DNA of 39,472 nucleotides from a virus (Duplodnaviria; Heunggongvirae; Uroviricota; Caudoviricetes): IMG/VR virus record IMGVR_UViG_2695420732_000023; one strand, 5' to 3'. Shown piece by piece: positions 1 to 8,552 of this stretch (position 1 is its first letter; each line of letters starts with the position of its first letter). The notes under the pieces were generated by a model. It saw only the letters and a program-made list of their open reading frames with translations, ran no database searches and was not told where the DNA came from. The position numbers and the translations under genes were made by a program.

Positions 1-1254
1 ATGCTGGAACAAATGGGCATTGCCGCGAAGCAAGCCTCGTATAAATTAGCGCAACTCTCCAGCCGCGAAAAAAATCGCGTGCTGGAAAAAATCGCCGATG
101 AACTGGAAGCACAAAGCGAAATCATCCTCAACGCTAACGCCCAGGATGTTGCTGACGCGCGAGCCAATGGCCTTAGCGAAGCGATGCTTGACCGTCTGGC
201 ACTGACGCCCGCACGGCTGAAAGGCATTGCCGACGATGTACGTCAGGTGTGCAACCTCGCCGATCCGGTGGGGCAGGTAATCGATGGCGGCGTACTGGAC
301 AGCGGCCTGCGTCTTGAGCGTCGTCGCGTACCGCTGGGGGTTATTGGCGTGATTTATGAAGCGCGCCCGAACGTGACGGTTGATGTCGCTTCGCTGTGCC
401 TGAAAACCGGTAACGCAGTGATCCTGCGCGGTGGCAAAGAAACGTGTCGCACTAACGCTGCAACGGTGGCGGTGATTCAGGACGCCCTGAAATCCTGCGG
501 CTTACCGGCGGGTGCCGTGCAGGCGATTGATAATCCTGACCGTGCGCTGGTCAGTGAAATGCTGCGTATGGATAAATACATCGACATGCTGATCCCGCGT
601 GGTGGCGCTGGTTTGCATAAACTGTGCCGTGAACAGTCGACAATCCCGGTGATCACAGGTGGTATAGGCGTATGCCATATTTACGTTGATGAAAGTGTAG
701 AGATCGCTGAAGCATTAAAAGTGATCGTCAACGCGAAAACTCAGCGTCCGAGCACATGTAATACGGTTGAAACGTTGCTGGTGAATAAAAACATCGCCGA
801 TAGCTTCCTGCCCGCATTAAGCAAACAAATGGCGGAAAGCGGCGTGACATTACACGCAGATGCAGCTGCACTGGCGCAGTTGCAGGCAGGCCCTGCGAAG
901 GTGGTTGCTGTTAAAGCCGAAGAGTATGACGATGAGTTTCTGTCATTAGATTTGAACGTCAAAATCGTCAGCGATCTTGACGATGCCATCGCCCATATTC
1001 GTGAACACGGCACACAACACTCCGATGCGATCCTGACCCGCGATATGCGCAACGCCCAGCGTTTTGTTAACGAAGTGGATTCGTCCGCTGTTTACGTTAA
1101 CGCCTCTACGCGTTTTACCGACGGCGGCCAGTTTGGTCTGGGTGCGGAAGTGGCGGTAAGCACACAAAAACTCCACGCGCGTGGCCCAATGGGGCTGGAA
1201 GCACTGACCACTTACAAGTGGATCGGCATTGGTGATTACACCATTCGTGCGTAA
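1..1254 (+). CDS. proA: gamma-glutamyl phosphate reductase (glutamate-5-semialdehyde dehydrogenase)
   Basis: 417-aa ORF beginning at window position 1; full-length match to my recollection of enterobacterial ProA; followed by thrW as in the proBA-thrW locus. Confidence 0.93.
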
Positions 1255-1260
1255 ATAAAA

Positions 1261-1320
1261 CCGGGTGATGCAAAAGTAGCCATTTGATTCACAAGGCCAT
1301 TGACGCATCGCCCGGTTAGT
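1261..1320 (+). terminator. long imperfect hairpin after proA (ccgggtgatgc...gcatcgcccgg) followed by ttagtttt; possible proBA terminator or REP-like element
   Basis: 11-bp arms with one G-U position and ~33-nt loop, T-rich tail; seen directly. Confidence 0.3.
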
Positions 1321-1368
1321 TTTAACCTTGTCCACCGTGATTCACGTTCGTGAACATGTCCTTTCAGG

Positions 1369-1444
1369 GCCGATATAGCTCAGTTGGTAGAGCAGCGCAT
1401 TCGTAATGCGAAGGTCGTAGGTTCGACTCCTATTATCGGCACCA
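1369..1444 (+). tRNA. thrW: tRNA-Thr, anticodon CGT
   Basis: 76-nt sequence GCCGATATAGCTCAGTTGGTAGAGCAGCGCATTCGTAATGCG...TCGGCACCA with cloverleaf arms, CGT anticodon in loop, encoded CCA end; integrase gene starts 15 bp downstream. Confidence 0.93.
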
Positions 1445-1458
1445 TTTAAATCAATAAG

Positions 1459-2622
1459 TTACACATCATTAGTACCTTCCTTATTTTTTGACTGGGACAA
1501 ATTTGGGACCGATGGGTTCAGGATCGAGTCTATTTGCCGTGCGTGTTCGGTAAGGTGATTAGGTGCAAGGTGAGCATATCGACGAACCATTTCGATAGAC
1601 TCCCAGCCTCCCATTTCCTGTAACACTGACAACGGGACTCCGGCTTGAACCAGCCAACTTGCCCAGGTGTGTCTCAAGTCGTGAAATCTGAAATCATCAA
1701 TACCAGCCCGTCTCAGCGCCGCTTTCCAGGCTGTGTTTGCGTCATACCGCATCTTCCTTACTGTTGGCGCTTTCGTTCCGTCTGGTTTGGTACAGCTTTC
1801 CTTGTACACAAATACCCAACGGTGATGATTCCCGATTTGTTTTTTCAATACGCGACATGCAGTATCATTCAGCGCAACGCCAATTGCGCGGTTTGATTTA
1901 CTCTCTTCCGGGTTTATCCATGCCACCCGGCGCTGCATATCTATTTGTTGCCATTCAAGGTTGATGATGTTCGAGCGTCTTAAGCCTGTTGCCAGTGCAA
2001 ATTCAACAACAGACTTTAATGGCTCCGGACATTCATCAATCAGCCTTTGTGCTTCATGGGGCTCCAGCCAGCGGATCCGTTTATTCTTTGGTTGAGGCAC
2101 TTTAATAATTGGTGCCTTATCCAGCATTTTCCATTCACGCTCTGCGGCTCTTAGTAGGGCCTTTATAAATGAAAGATGCGTAGCCTTCGTTGCAACGGAC
2201 GCTGGTTTTGGCGTGTATTCTGGAACAGGTTTCCCTTTTTTTCTGCATGCTTCTGCCCTGAGTTTCCAGTTTTCCTCATGACGCCGGTTCGTCATTTTCT
2301 GCATTGCTGAATAAATTTTTGATTCAGTAATGTCTCTTAGTTGCATTCCTGCGAAATGTTGAAGCCAGAATCCGATCCGGCTTTTGTCATCGTCCAGTGA
2401 TTTTTTATGTGCTTTCTCTTCAAGCCACCTGACACACGCTTCCTCGAACGTTATATCAGGTATTTCACCAAGTTTGCTGACCCGCCATGCTTCAGCCTTT
2501 AGCTTGTCATGGAGTTCTGTCGCCTGCCTTTTGTCCTTTGTTCCAAGAGACTGTTTAAATCTTTTACCGTTCGGCAATGTGAAACTGGCGTACCATATTT
2601 CACCTCTGCGGAAGAGTGACAT
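1459..2622 (-). CDS. int: tyrosine-type phage integrase
   Basis: 387-aa ORF; C-terminal [39 protein letters not shown] matches the R-H-R-Y catalytic signature region of tyrosine recombinases; GAGGA RBS 6 nt before ATG; adjacent to tRNA. Confidence 0.9.
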   Translation of the reverse strand: MSLFRRGEIWYASFTLPNGKRFKQSLGTKDKRQATELHDKLKAEAWRVSKLGEIPDITFEEACVRWLEEKAHKKSLDDDKSRIGFWLQHFAGMQLRDITESKIYSAMQKMTNRRHEENWKLRAEACRKKGKPVPEYTPKPASVATKATHLSFIKALLRAAEREWKMLDKAPIIKVPQPKNKRIRWLEPHEAQRLIDECPEPLKSVVEFALATGLRRSNIINLEWQQIDMQRRVAWINPEESKSNRAIGVALNDTACRVLKKQIGNHHRWVFVYKESCTKPDGTKAPTVRKMRYDANTAWKAALRRAGIDDFRFHDLRHTWASWLVQAGVPLSVLQEMGGWESIEMVRRYAHLAPNHLTEHARQIDSILNPSVPNLSQSKNKEGTNDV

Positions 2623-2852
2623 TTTCTTTCCTCTGTTATGCCATCACCCGCGCTCACCTGGACAGTATGCAGCGGAGACTGAAGAGCCGCAATGCAGGCT
2701 TGTCGTGTTGTGAGGTAAGGAGATTTATTCTTAGTGGGATCTTTGCGTGTTGCCTGAAGACGCCCTGTGCGTATCCAGTTAATAGCAGTCGGTCTGGATA
2801 TCTTGAGAAAATGACAGGCCTCATCGAGTGTGAGGCTGTATGGCTCCATTAT
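2499..2852 (-). CDS. xis: putative excisionase / AlpA-like HTH protein (start at [15 protein letters not shown])
   Basis: small HTH-like N-terminus directly upstream of int on same strand; start chosen at internal ATG whose codon overlaps stop of upstream ORF; 3' end overlaps int by ~124 nt, so the C-terminal extent is uncertain. Confidence 0.5.
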   Translation of the reverse strand: MMEPYSLTLDEACHFLKISRPTAINWIRTGRLQATRKDPTKNKSPYLTTRQACIAALQSPLHTVQVSAGDGITEERKCHSSAEVKYGTPVSHCRTVKDLNSLLEQRTKGRRQNSMTS

Positions 2853-3154
2853 TTCACCTCTTGCTGTGACATTGTTGAAAAATGGATACCAGCTCGTTGC
2901 TGCCAGACGATCCAACCGAGAGTCATATCCCATGCCATGTATTCGTTATCGCCGTTTTTTGATCTCCGACGATCTACTAAGTCACCGAAACGCTTTTCCA
3001 TGAATAATTCATAGGCTTCGCGTTCATCTGGCTCTACTTCCAGAGATACGAGTGCGATTTCATAAGCACGGCGCTCAATATCGTCTCGAACCTCTAGGCT
3101 GCTGATTCGTTCTTTGATTTCTTTAATCAGTTCTTTATTGGTAAATGTGGTCAT
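2849..3154 (-). CDS. hypothetical small phage protein
   Basis: 101-aa ORF, GGAG RBS, start/stop overlaps with neighbours (TAATG-type coupling) in leftward early operon. Confidence 0.5.
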   Translation of the reverse strand: MTTFTNKELIKEIKERISSLEVRDDIERRAYEIALVSLEVEPDEREAYELFMEKRFGDLVDRRRSKNGDNEYMAWDMTLGWIVWQQRAGIHFSTMSQQEVK

Positions 3155-3516
3155 TATGCTCCAGCCTCCGGTGCTTTTGGCATTACTGCCCAGTGAGTGA
3201 TATTGACGTTTTCAAGGTCCCCAACCTGAAATGTCCACTGCCATTCTCTGGTTTCTTTTTGTCCCCAGGTGTACCAGAGAGAACGCCAGCCAATCAGCCA
3301 GCATTCTCCATTAGCATCAAATAACAGAACACTTTCATTTGCTGGTGGCAGTTCAGCTGACACTGGTATTATTTTGTTTTCCAGTGCCGCACATTTAGCT
3401 TCAAGCGCGTCGAATTTACGTACCAGGTACTCAGCATTTGTTTCGTTCACTTTCAGATCTCGCGGTACACATTTCCCGCGAAGAAACCCTTCCATTTCGA
3501 AAACATTCATGCGCAT
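3154..3516 (-). CDS. hypothetical phage protein
   Basis: 120-aa ORF with GGAG 8 nt upstream of ATG; same strand and tight spacing with flanking early genes. Confidence 0.5.
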   Translation of the reverse strand: MRMNVFEMEGFLRGKCVPRDLKVNETNAEYLVRKFDALEAKCAALENKIIPVSAELPPANESVLLFDANGECWLIGWRSLWYTWGQKETREWQWTFQVGDLENVNITHWAVMPKAPEAGA

Positions 3517-4043
3517 TTGCGTAACTCCGATAAATCGTTAAAACGTTCCATAAACATCCCGTAGGCATGACCCGGTGCCAGTGGAATCACGTTGAACATC
3601 TCTGTTGCCGGGATGCCATCCAGTACAGGCCAGAAAGAGCCATCATCAAGCCCGAGATCACGGCGTTCGGTTGCCAGCATAATGAGATCGGCATATTTCA
3701 CTGGCGTGCTCATAACAGGAGGTAACCCGTATTTCTCACGGATTACTGCATCTATTTTTTCTTCCATCCGTTTATAGTCAGGAAGAAGGCGTTTCAGTGG
3801 TGCGGGGATGTCCTGGCAATACGCTTCTGTTGCATCATGCATTAACGCTTCAAAAGCAAATTCCTGCGGCACCAGCTGGCTGCAAAGCACCGCATGTTGG
3901 GCGACACTGTAGAAGTGAGAAAGATGACCGGCAAAGCGGCAGATATTTGAAAGGGAAACCGCGATATCGTTAATCACGATGTCGTCTTTATTTATCCTGT
4001 CATAATAAAAATGCTTCCCGGAAAAAGTTTTAATAAATGACAT
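3507..4043 (-). CDS. HD-domain phosphohydrolase (YfdR-like, putative 5'-deoxynucleotidase)
   Basis: contains H...HD motif context (SVAQHAVLCSQ ... LMHDATEAY) typical of HD superfamily; start set at ATG (MSFIKTF) preceded by GGAGAACAAA; resembles CPS-53 yfdR by recall. Confidence 0.65.
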   Translation of the reverse strand: MSFIKTFSGKHFYYDRINKDDIVINDIAVSLSNICRFAGHLSHFYSVAQHAVLCSQLVPQEFAFEALMHDATEAYCQDIPAPLKRLLPDYKRMEEKIDAVIREKYGLPPVMSTPVKYADLIMLATERRDLGLDDGSFWPVLDGIPATEMFNVIPLAPGHAYGMFMERFNDLSELRKCA

Positions 4044-4170
4044 TTTGTTCTCCACGTATATGCGCTGCACCGCGCTGAGTTTGGGTAAAAGGAAGCCCTC
4101 ACCATCCGGTGATTATTGAGTTAATTACGTTTCCATAAATGCCCCCGCAGGGGCATTTGCAGTAATGAAA

Positions 4171-4995
4171 TCAGGCGGTGAAAGTACCAATAAAGGTTTC
4201 TACTTTGCTGTCTTTGAATTTCTCAACAAGCAGATCACGAAATTCGTTAGCCATATCTTCCTGCACCGCTTCCAGCTGAATAATGCGCAGAACCAGTACA
4301 GGACGATCGCCAGTGATAATGCTGAGGCGTAATTTAAACGGACGTTCTTTCAGACCTTCAAACGGAACGCATTTAAATTCAAATGCCACTGGCATAATGT
4401 CTTTGGTCTTCGCTTCGACAGATTCCATCAGGGAGCGTTTGCCGCTGAAGTCATTATCTTCAAAATCAGCGGTCTGGTTTGCTTCAATCGTGATTTTACG
4501 GATTGCCGCAGCCGCTTTTGTTGCCTGAATGGCGTCACCATTAGCATCAAAGCCCACAAGGTAGTCGGCCCAGTCTTCAATCCATTCTGCCAGTGATTTC
4601 TGTGAGTTACGCTCGCCGTTAACAGACAACAGGGCAGAGAACGGTGCTGTCTTTTTCAGTTTGAGAGTGGCGGTGTTATCTGCGTGACCTGGTTCATCAA
4701 TAGTACCCAGGTTAAGCACACTGACGGCACGCATATTATCAGCATCGATAAAGCAGCGGGTGCCTTCATCTGCAAGATCTTTAGAATAACGGGTAAAGTC
4801 ATCGATGCTGGCAGTGGAAAGCGCACCACGGAAACGGAAGCGATTTAAATTAAATTTTTCCAGATCATGAATGCGGAAATTCTCAGGCAATGCCACAGCA
4901 TCGGCACCAATCTTACTGATAATTTCATTAACACCCTGAGCAGAAATAAGGGCATGGATTTGATTAATTGCGGTTGCGTCTAAGTTCTGAGACAT
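4171..4995 (-). CDS. DUF2303-family protein (YfdQ-like)
   Basis: 274-aa ORF; sequence and length resemble prophage CPS-53 YfdQ by recall; GAGGA RBS 7 nt upstream of ATG. Confidence 0.6.
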
Positions 4996-5060
4996 AATAA
5001 GTCCTCACTATATTAAGATATTCAGTGATGAGATAAATAATTAGTTAATTAAGAATGATA

Positions 5061-5423
5061 TTAATGACCTGCTGCGCGGAGTTTTCCGTCAGGCTCACCG
5101 GCAAGAGTCAGTAATTGTCCCTGGTCTTCCTGCAGAATAGTCAGGCGACCACCGCGATTGACATACATCGGCGTTTCGGTGGTGTCTTCTTCGGAAATTT
5201 TCCCACGGTTAGTCGGGCGAACATATGAGAGTTTGTGTTTGATTTTCACACGGTTCTCATCAAATGGTTCGATTTCCAGGTTGAGTGAGACCTTACCTTT
5301 GGTTTTCGTGTTCATCACACCGGAAGCGACTTCACTGAGAACTGCGCCGATTTTGGTTTCAAATACGCCGCCGTCCAGCTCCCCGATAAATGCCTGCACA
5401 TCAGTACTGCGTTCGCTAGCCAT
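5061..5423 (-). CDS. hypothetical early protein (YfdP-like), start at MASERSTDVQ
   Basis: track ORF 5061..5741 trimmed to internal ATG at 5423 preceded by AGGAG 9 nt upstream; upstream part of track ORF overlaps a highly structured region and reads as non-coding. Confidence 0.5.
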   Translation of the reverse strand: MASERSTDVQAFIGELDGGVFETKIGAVLSEVASGVMNTKTKGKVSLNLEIEPFDENRVKIKHKLSYVRPTNRGKISEEDTTETPMYVNRGGRLTILQEDQGQLLTLAGEPDGKLRAAGH

Positions 5424-5471
5424 TTTGCTGCTCCTCATCATATCGACCCTGCAAGGCCGATTAGTTTCTCC

Positions 5472-5860
5472 ACAAAACAGAGAAGAACACCTGCGGCGGC
5501 AGCCGCCCGGATGGATTGGGTTATGAGCCCGTCGTCCGGTGATGCTCTTCTCTGTTTTGTAAAAAGGACGGTACCAGCCGGAAGCAAGGGTACAAACTGG
5601 TACCGCCAGGACTACACACAGCATAAAGTTGTGGTGCCGGGTGCCTCCCGGTGCCTGGCGAAGGTTGCACACCAGACGGGTGGGTATCCACAGAAGGTCG
5701 ACTGTCAGCCTCAACCTTAACCCGCGTGCGCTGAGCCGCATTCACCACAACGCTAAGGATTCTCTCTGGTTGAAAATACTTAGCTGTTATGTGCCTGTCT
5801 TTTCACCACTTCAGGCTCGGTGGTATCCTTTTAAGCCCGTATACATAAAAGGAAAATCAA
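5472..5860. other. highly structured GC-rich non-coding region (multiple perfect hairpins); candidate ncRNA or regulatory leader
   Basis: 15-bp perfect inverted repeat 5472-5486/5546-5560, nested GGCGGC-A-GCCGCC, 9-bp stem 5569-5577/5597-5605, CCGGG-TGCCT-CCCGG at 5637-5651; no convincing ORF. Confidence 0.3.
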
Positions 5861-6106
5861 ATGACTTTTGATGAAAAAGAACTTGATAATGCAATTAATA
5901 AAATCATCGTAACGTCGCTCTTTTCCTGTCTCAGCGACACTCAGCAGAAACAGTTCTACGAATCGGCTTTCAACATGATCGAGCGTTGTTGTTTCTGCGA
6001 TGCCGACGAGTTACCTGAAAAAATCAGGAAACAGTTGGCTGATGCTCTTCGAGTGCGACTTTCTGACCAATTTTCTGAAATGTGCTCTCCGAATTTGGAC
6101 AAATAG
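5861..6106 (+). CDS. hypothetical small acidic protein
   Basis: 81-aa ORF with AAGGA RBS 4-5 nt upstream of ATG; opposite strand to surrounding early-left genes. Confidence 0.4.
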   Translation: MTFDEKELDNAINKIIVTSLFSCLSDTQQKQFYESAFNMIERCCFCDADELPEKIRKQLADALRVRLSDQFSEMCSPNLDK

Positions 6107-6299
6107 AAAAAGGCCATTTCCATTCAGGGTCTGATGGAAATACTTCAGCCTGTTCCAAAGCACGGCGTAAAGAGAACACAACTCCAGCCATAATCTGATG
6201 TTTCCCATTGGTCCAGCTATCGCCGCTCTGATCTACAGGGGCGGCTATGTCGTATGACCAAACGACTTCACAGTTATTGTTTAAAATCTGGACTTTCAT
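6024..6299 (-). CDS. hypothetical protein, first ORF downstream of putative PL (start at MKVQIL)
   Basis: track ORF 6024..6341 trimmed to ATG with AGGTG RBS; 3' end overlaps the convergent 5861..6106 ORF by ~80 nt, so at most one of them may be fully real. Confidence 0.3.
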   Translation of the reverse strand: MKVQILNNNCEVVWSYDIAAPVDQSGDSWTNGKHQIMAGVVFSLRRALEQAEVFPSDPEWKWPFSICPNSESTFQKIGQKVALEEHQPTVS

Positions 6300-6506
6300 T
6301 TCATACACCTGCTTTAACATGAGTGCCTGGTGGCACAACATGACTCAACGAATCATCCTGGACTTCATATGCCCCAGGCGGCTACTTCGTGGGCGTCCTG
6401 CCTGTTCGTTTTTGACATTTACTGACTGCTTACGACACATGCACCGTGTTGCAACCAGATTTTGTTGTAATCCGGTAGTTGGTCTGGAACAAAAGATAAA
6501 ATTAAA

Positions 6507-6543
6507 TTGCGAGATATGCAAGTAATATTTGCGGGGTATGCAA
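6507..6543. promoter_or_regulatory. putative OL operator pair (TTGCGAGATATGCAA and TTGCGGGGTATGCAA)
   Basis: two 15-bp sites with shared pattern TTGCG-N5-ATGCAA spaced 22 bp apart, left of the cI terminator, same pattern as sites in the cI-cro intergenic region. Confidence 0.45.
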
Positions 6544-6556
6544 ATTTATAGGTAAT

Positions 6557-6577
6557 AAAAAGCCACCTTTCGGTGGC
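6557..6577 (-). terminator. rho-independent terminator downstream of cI
   Basis: on minus strand GCCACC-GAAA-GGTGGC followed by TTTTA run, 20 bp after cI stop. Confidence 0.5.
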
Positions 6578-6597
6578 CGTTGGATGGGATATTGAGG

Positions 6598-7290
6598 TTA
6601 ATTATGTCTCTTAAGGGTTTGCGACTGACTGATTAAGACCTTTCCAAAGACCATGAATCGGTGTTCGTTTTCGCTAGTAATTCCCCATTCACGGTAAATC
6701 TGGTTATCAGAAATCACCAGCAGTTTGTCAGGAATCATTTGAAGTCTTTTAACGTATATTTTGTCATCAAAACCAAAGACATATATACCATCACCATCAA
6801 ACTGATTGATGCTGACATCAACGAAGATGAGATCTCCTGGCTCAATGGTTGGACACATACTGTCCCCACGAACGTTGATAACTTTGATGTGATTGGCTGG
6901 TCGTCCGCCGAACATTGATACAGCATTATCAGTTCTGTATTCGATGGCATGAATCACATCAATGACATCACCGCCCTGGATAAGGCCATTTCCCGCACTG
7001 GCACTGATATCCAGCATTTCAATACGGAACACATCCTTCACCTGCGCAACATCCTCATTATTACTGTTTTTATATACAGTATTACTTTTGTGGGCAGAGG
7101 TAAAGAGATCAGCAATATCAACACCTAAGCTCTTGGCAATATTACTCAGTGTTTGTTCGGTAAATTGTTTTTGCTTACCCGTTTCTAAGCGCGAGATGTT
7201 CGCCGCATCTACTCCTATTGCTTCAGCGAGATCGGCGATTTTCATGTTCTTCGCTTGGCGAAGTTGTCTGACTCGGTTTCCTATGTTCAT
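6598..7290 (-). CDS. cI: CI-like prophage repressor (HTH_XRE + S24 LexA-like peptidase domain)
   Basis: N-terminal HTH (VRQLRQAKNMKIADLAEAIGVDAANISRLETGK), C-terminal S24 signature GDSMCPTIEPGDLIFVD; divergent from cro. Confidence 0.85.
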   Translation of the reverse strand: MNIGNRVRQLRQAKNMKIADLAEAIGVDAANISRLETGKQKQFTEQTLSNIAKSLGVDIADLFTSAHKSNTVYKNSNNEDVAQVKDVFRIEMLDISASAGNGLIQGGDVIDVIHAIEYRTDNAVSMFGGRPANHIKVINVRGDSMCPTIEPGDLIFVDVSINQFDGDGIYVFGFDDKIYVKRLQMIPDKLLVISDNQIYREWGITSENEHRFMVFGKVLISQSQTLKRHN

Positions 7291-7310
7291 GCGTTTATTA
7301 CATTTCTTTA

Positions 7311-7374
7311 TTGCGTGATAAGCAAATCAACTTGCGCAAAATAATTGCGTGAAATAACATGCATAGCGCGCAAT
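7311..7374. promoter_or_regulatory. putative OR operator cluster with divergent PRM/PR promoters
   Basis: three 15-bp sites matching TTGCG-N5-xGCAA (7311-7325 TTGCGTGATAAGCAA; 7345-7359; 7359-7374 as reverse complement TTGCGCGCTATGCAT) in the 97-bp cI-cro intergenic region. Confidence 0.5.
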
Positions 7375-7387
7375 ATTTGGAGGTTAT

Positions 7388-7648
7388 ATGCAATCACCAT
7401 TACGAAATGTGCGTAAGGCGCATGGTTTCACTTTGCAGCATGTTGCTGCGGGTGTTCAAGTCAATCCAGCGACGTTGAGTCGTATTGAGAGGCTGGAGCA
7501 GATTCCATCTATCGAGCTTGCAGAACGTTTAGCCAATTTTTTTAAGGGTGAAGTCAGCGAAATGCAGATTCTTTATCCGGCACGTTTTCAATCTAGCCAA
7601 AACCAGAATGGGTTTAAACCACAGGAACAGGAGGTGAACCGTGGGTAA
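7388..7648 (+). CDS. cro: Cro-like HTH regulator
   Basis: 86-aa ORF divergent from cI, GGAGG RBS, HTH_XRE-like segment FTLQHVAAGVQVNPATLSRIER. Confidence 0.7.
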   Translation: MQSPLRNVRKAHGFTLQHVAAGVQVNPATLSRIERLEQIPSIELAERLANFFKGEVSEMQILYPARFQSSQNQNGFKPQEQEVNRG

Positions 7649-8201
7649 GCATCACTGGAAAGTAGAAAAACAGCCTGAGTGGTACGTGAAAGCTGTCAGA
7701 AAAACTATCGCAGCGTTGCCGGGGGGTTACGCTGAAGCTGCTGACTGGCTGGATGTAACAGAGAACGCATTATTTAACCGCCTTCGTGCCGATGGCGATC
7801 AGATTTTCCCGCTGGGATGGGCAATGATTTTGCAACGTGCTGGTGGAACTCACTTCATTGCTGACGCTGTGGCGCAGTCTGCAAATGGCGTCTTTGTGTC
7901 TCTTCCTGATGTCGAGGATGTGGACAACGCCGATATCAACCAACGCCTGCTGGAGGTCATTGAACAGATCGGCAGTTATTCAAAACAGATTCGTTCAGCA
8001 ATTGAAGACGGTGTAGTGGAACCGCATGAGAAGACAGCAATTAACGACGAGCTGTACCTCTCAATTTCGAAGCTGCAGGAGCATGCAGCACTGGTCTACA
8101 AAATTTTTTGCATTTCAGAAAGTAATGACGCCCGCGAGTGTGCAGCTCCGGGCGCCGTGGCGTGGCGTGTCGTGACTGTGGAGAAACTAACGCATGAATA
8201 G
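7641..8201 (+). CDS. CII-like / YdaT-type regulatory protein
   Basis: 186-aa ORF immediately after cro with GTG start preceded by AGGAGGTGA; position and size typical of CII-like (Phage_CP76/YdaT) proteins; assignment by context and recall. Confidence 0.5.
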   Translation: MGKHHWKVEKQPEWYVKAVRKTIAALPGGYAEAADWLDVTENALFNRLRADGDQIFPLGWAMILQRAGGTHFIADAVAQSANGVFVSLPDVEDVDNADINQRLLEVIEQIGSYSKQIRSAIEDGVVEPHEKTAINDELYLSISKLQEHAALVYKIFCISESNDARECAAPGAVAWRVVTVEKLTHE

Positions 8202-8552
8202 TTTAACAACACACTACCGTCGCTCGCAACTGATTGCGCTTCCTGTACCGGGTGGAAAAGCGAAGGTGGAGTATTGCTATGCAGTAAATGTACCAGGTGG
8301 CAGGGTAATTGTAACCCACAGCTTTGCAGAGTGGGCTGTGGGTGATTTTAACCGGCAAAAGGAGACAGTCCTTTGCGACAAGTTAACCGCTGGTTCAAAG
8401 ATCACTACGGAGTGCCCGTCAGAGTCATTCGTTGGGAGCCGGAAACACAACGGGTTATCTACCTCCGCGAAGGCTATGAGCATGAATGCTTCAGTCCGCT
8501 CGAACAGTTTCGTCGTAAATTCAGGGAAATAGAGGTCGGTCATGAGCACTAA
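8194..8552 (+). CDS. hypothetical gene with apparent frame disruption (frame 1 from 8194, protein-like continuation in another frame 8352/8373..8552)
   Basis: track ORF 8194..8532 has a serine-rich non-protein-like tail, while the other frame reads [56 protein letters not shown] up to 8552; switch near AAAAGG at 8357-8362. Confidence 0.3.

Noticed and set aside
741-1335. Minus-strand ORFs overlapping proA
   Set aside because: Antisense to the conserved housekeeping gene proA; no independent support.
2384-3014. Plus-strand ORFs 2384..2713 and 2616..3014
   Set aside because: Antisense to the int/xis genes; low-complexity, serine/cysteine-rich translations.
5472-5560. Retron msr/msd-like a1/a2 inverted repeats
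   Set aside because: No reverse transcriptase ORF anywhere nearby; the repeat spacing (~60 nt) is shorter than typical msr-msd; treated as a generic structured region instead.
6024-6341. Lambda N-like antiterminator as first gene of the leftward operon
   Set aside because: The protein lacks the arginine-rich N-terminal motif, and no boxA/boxB nut site was recognised.
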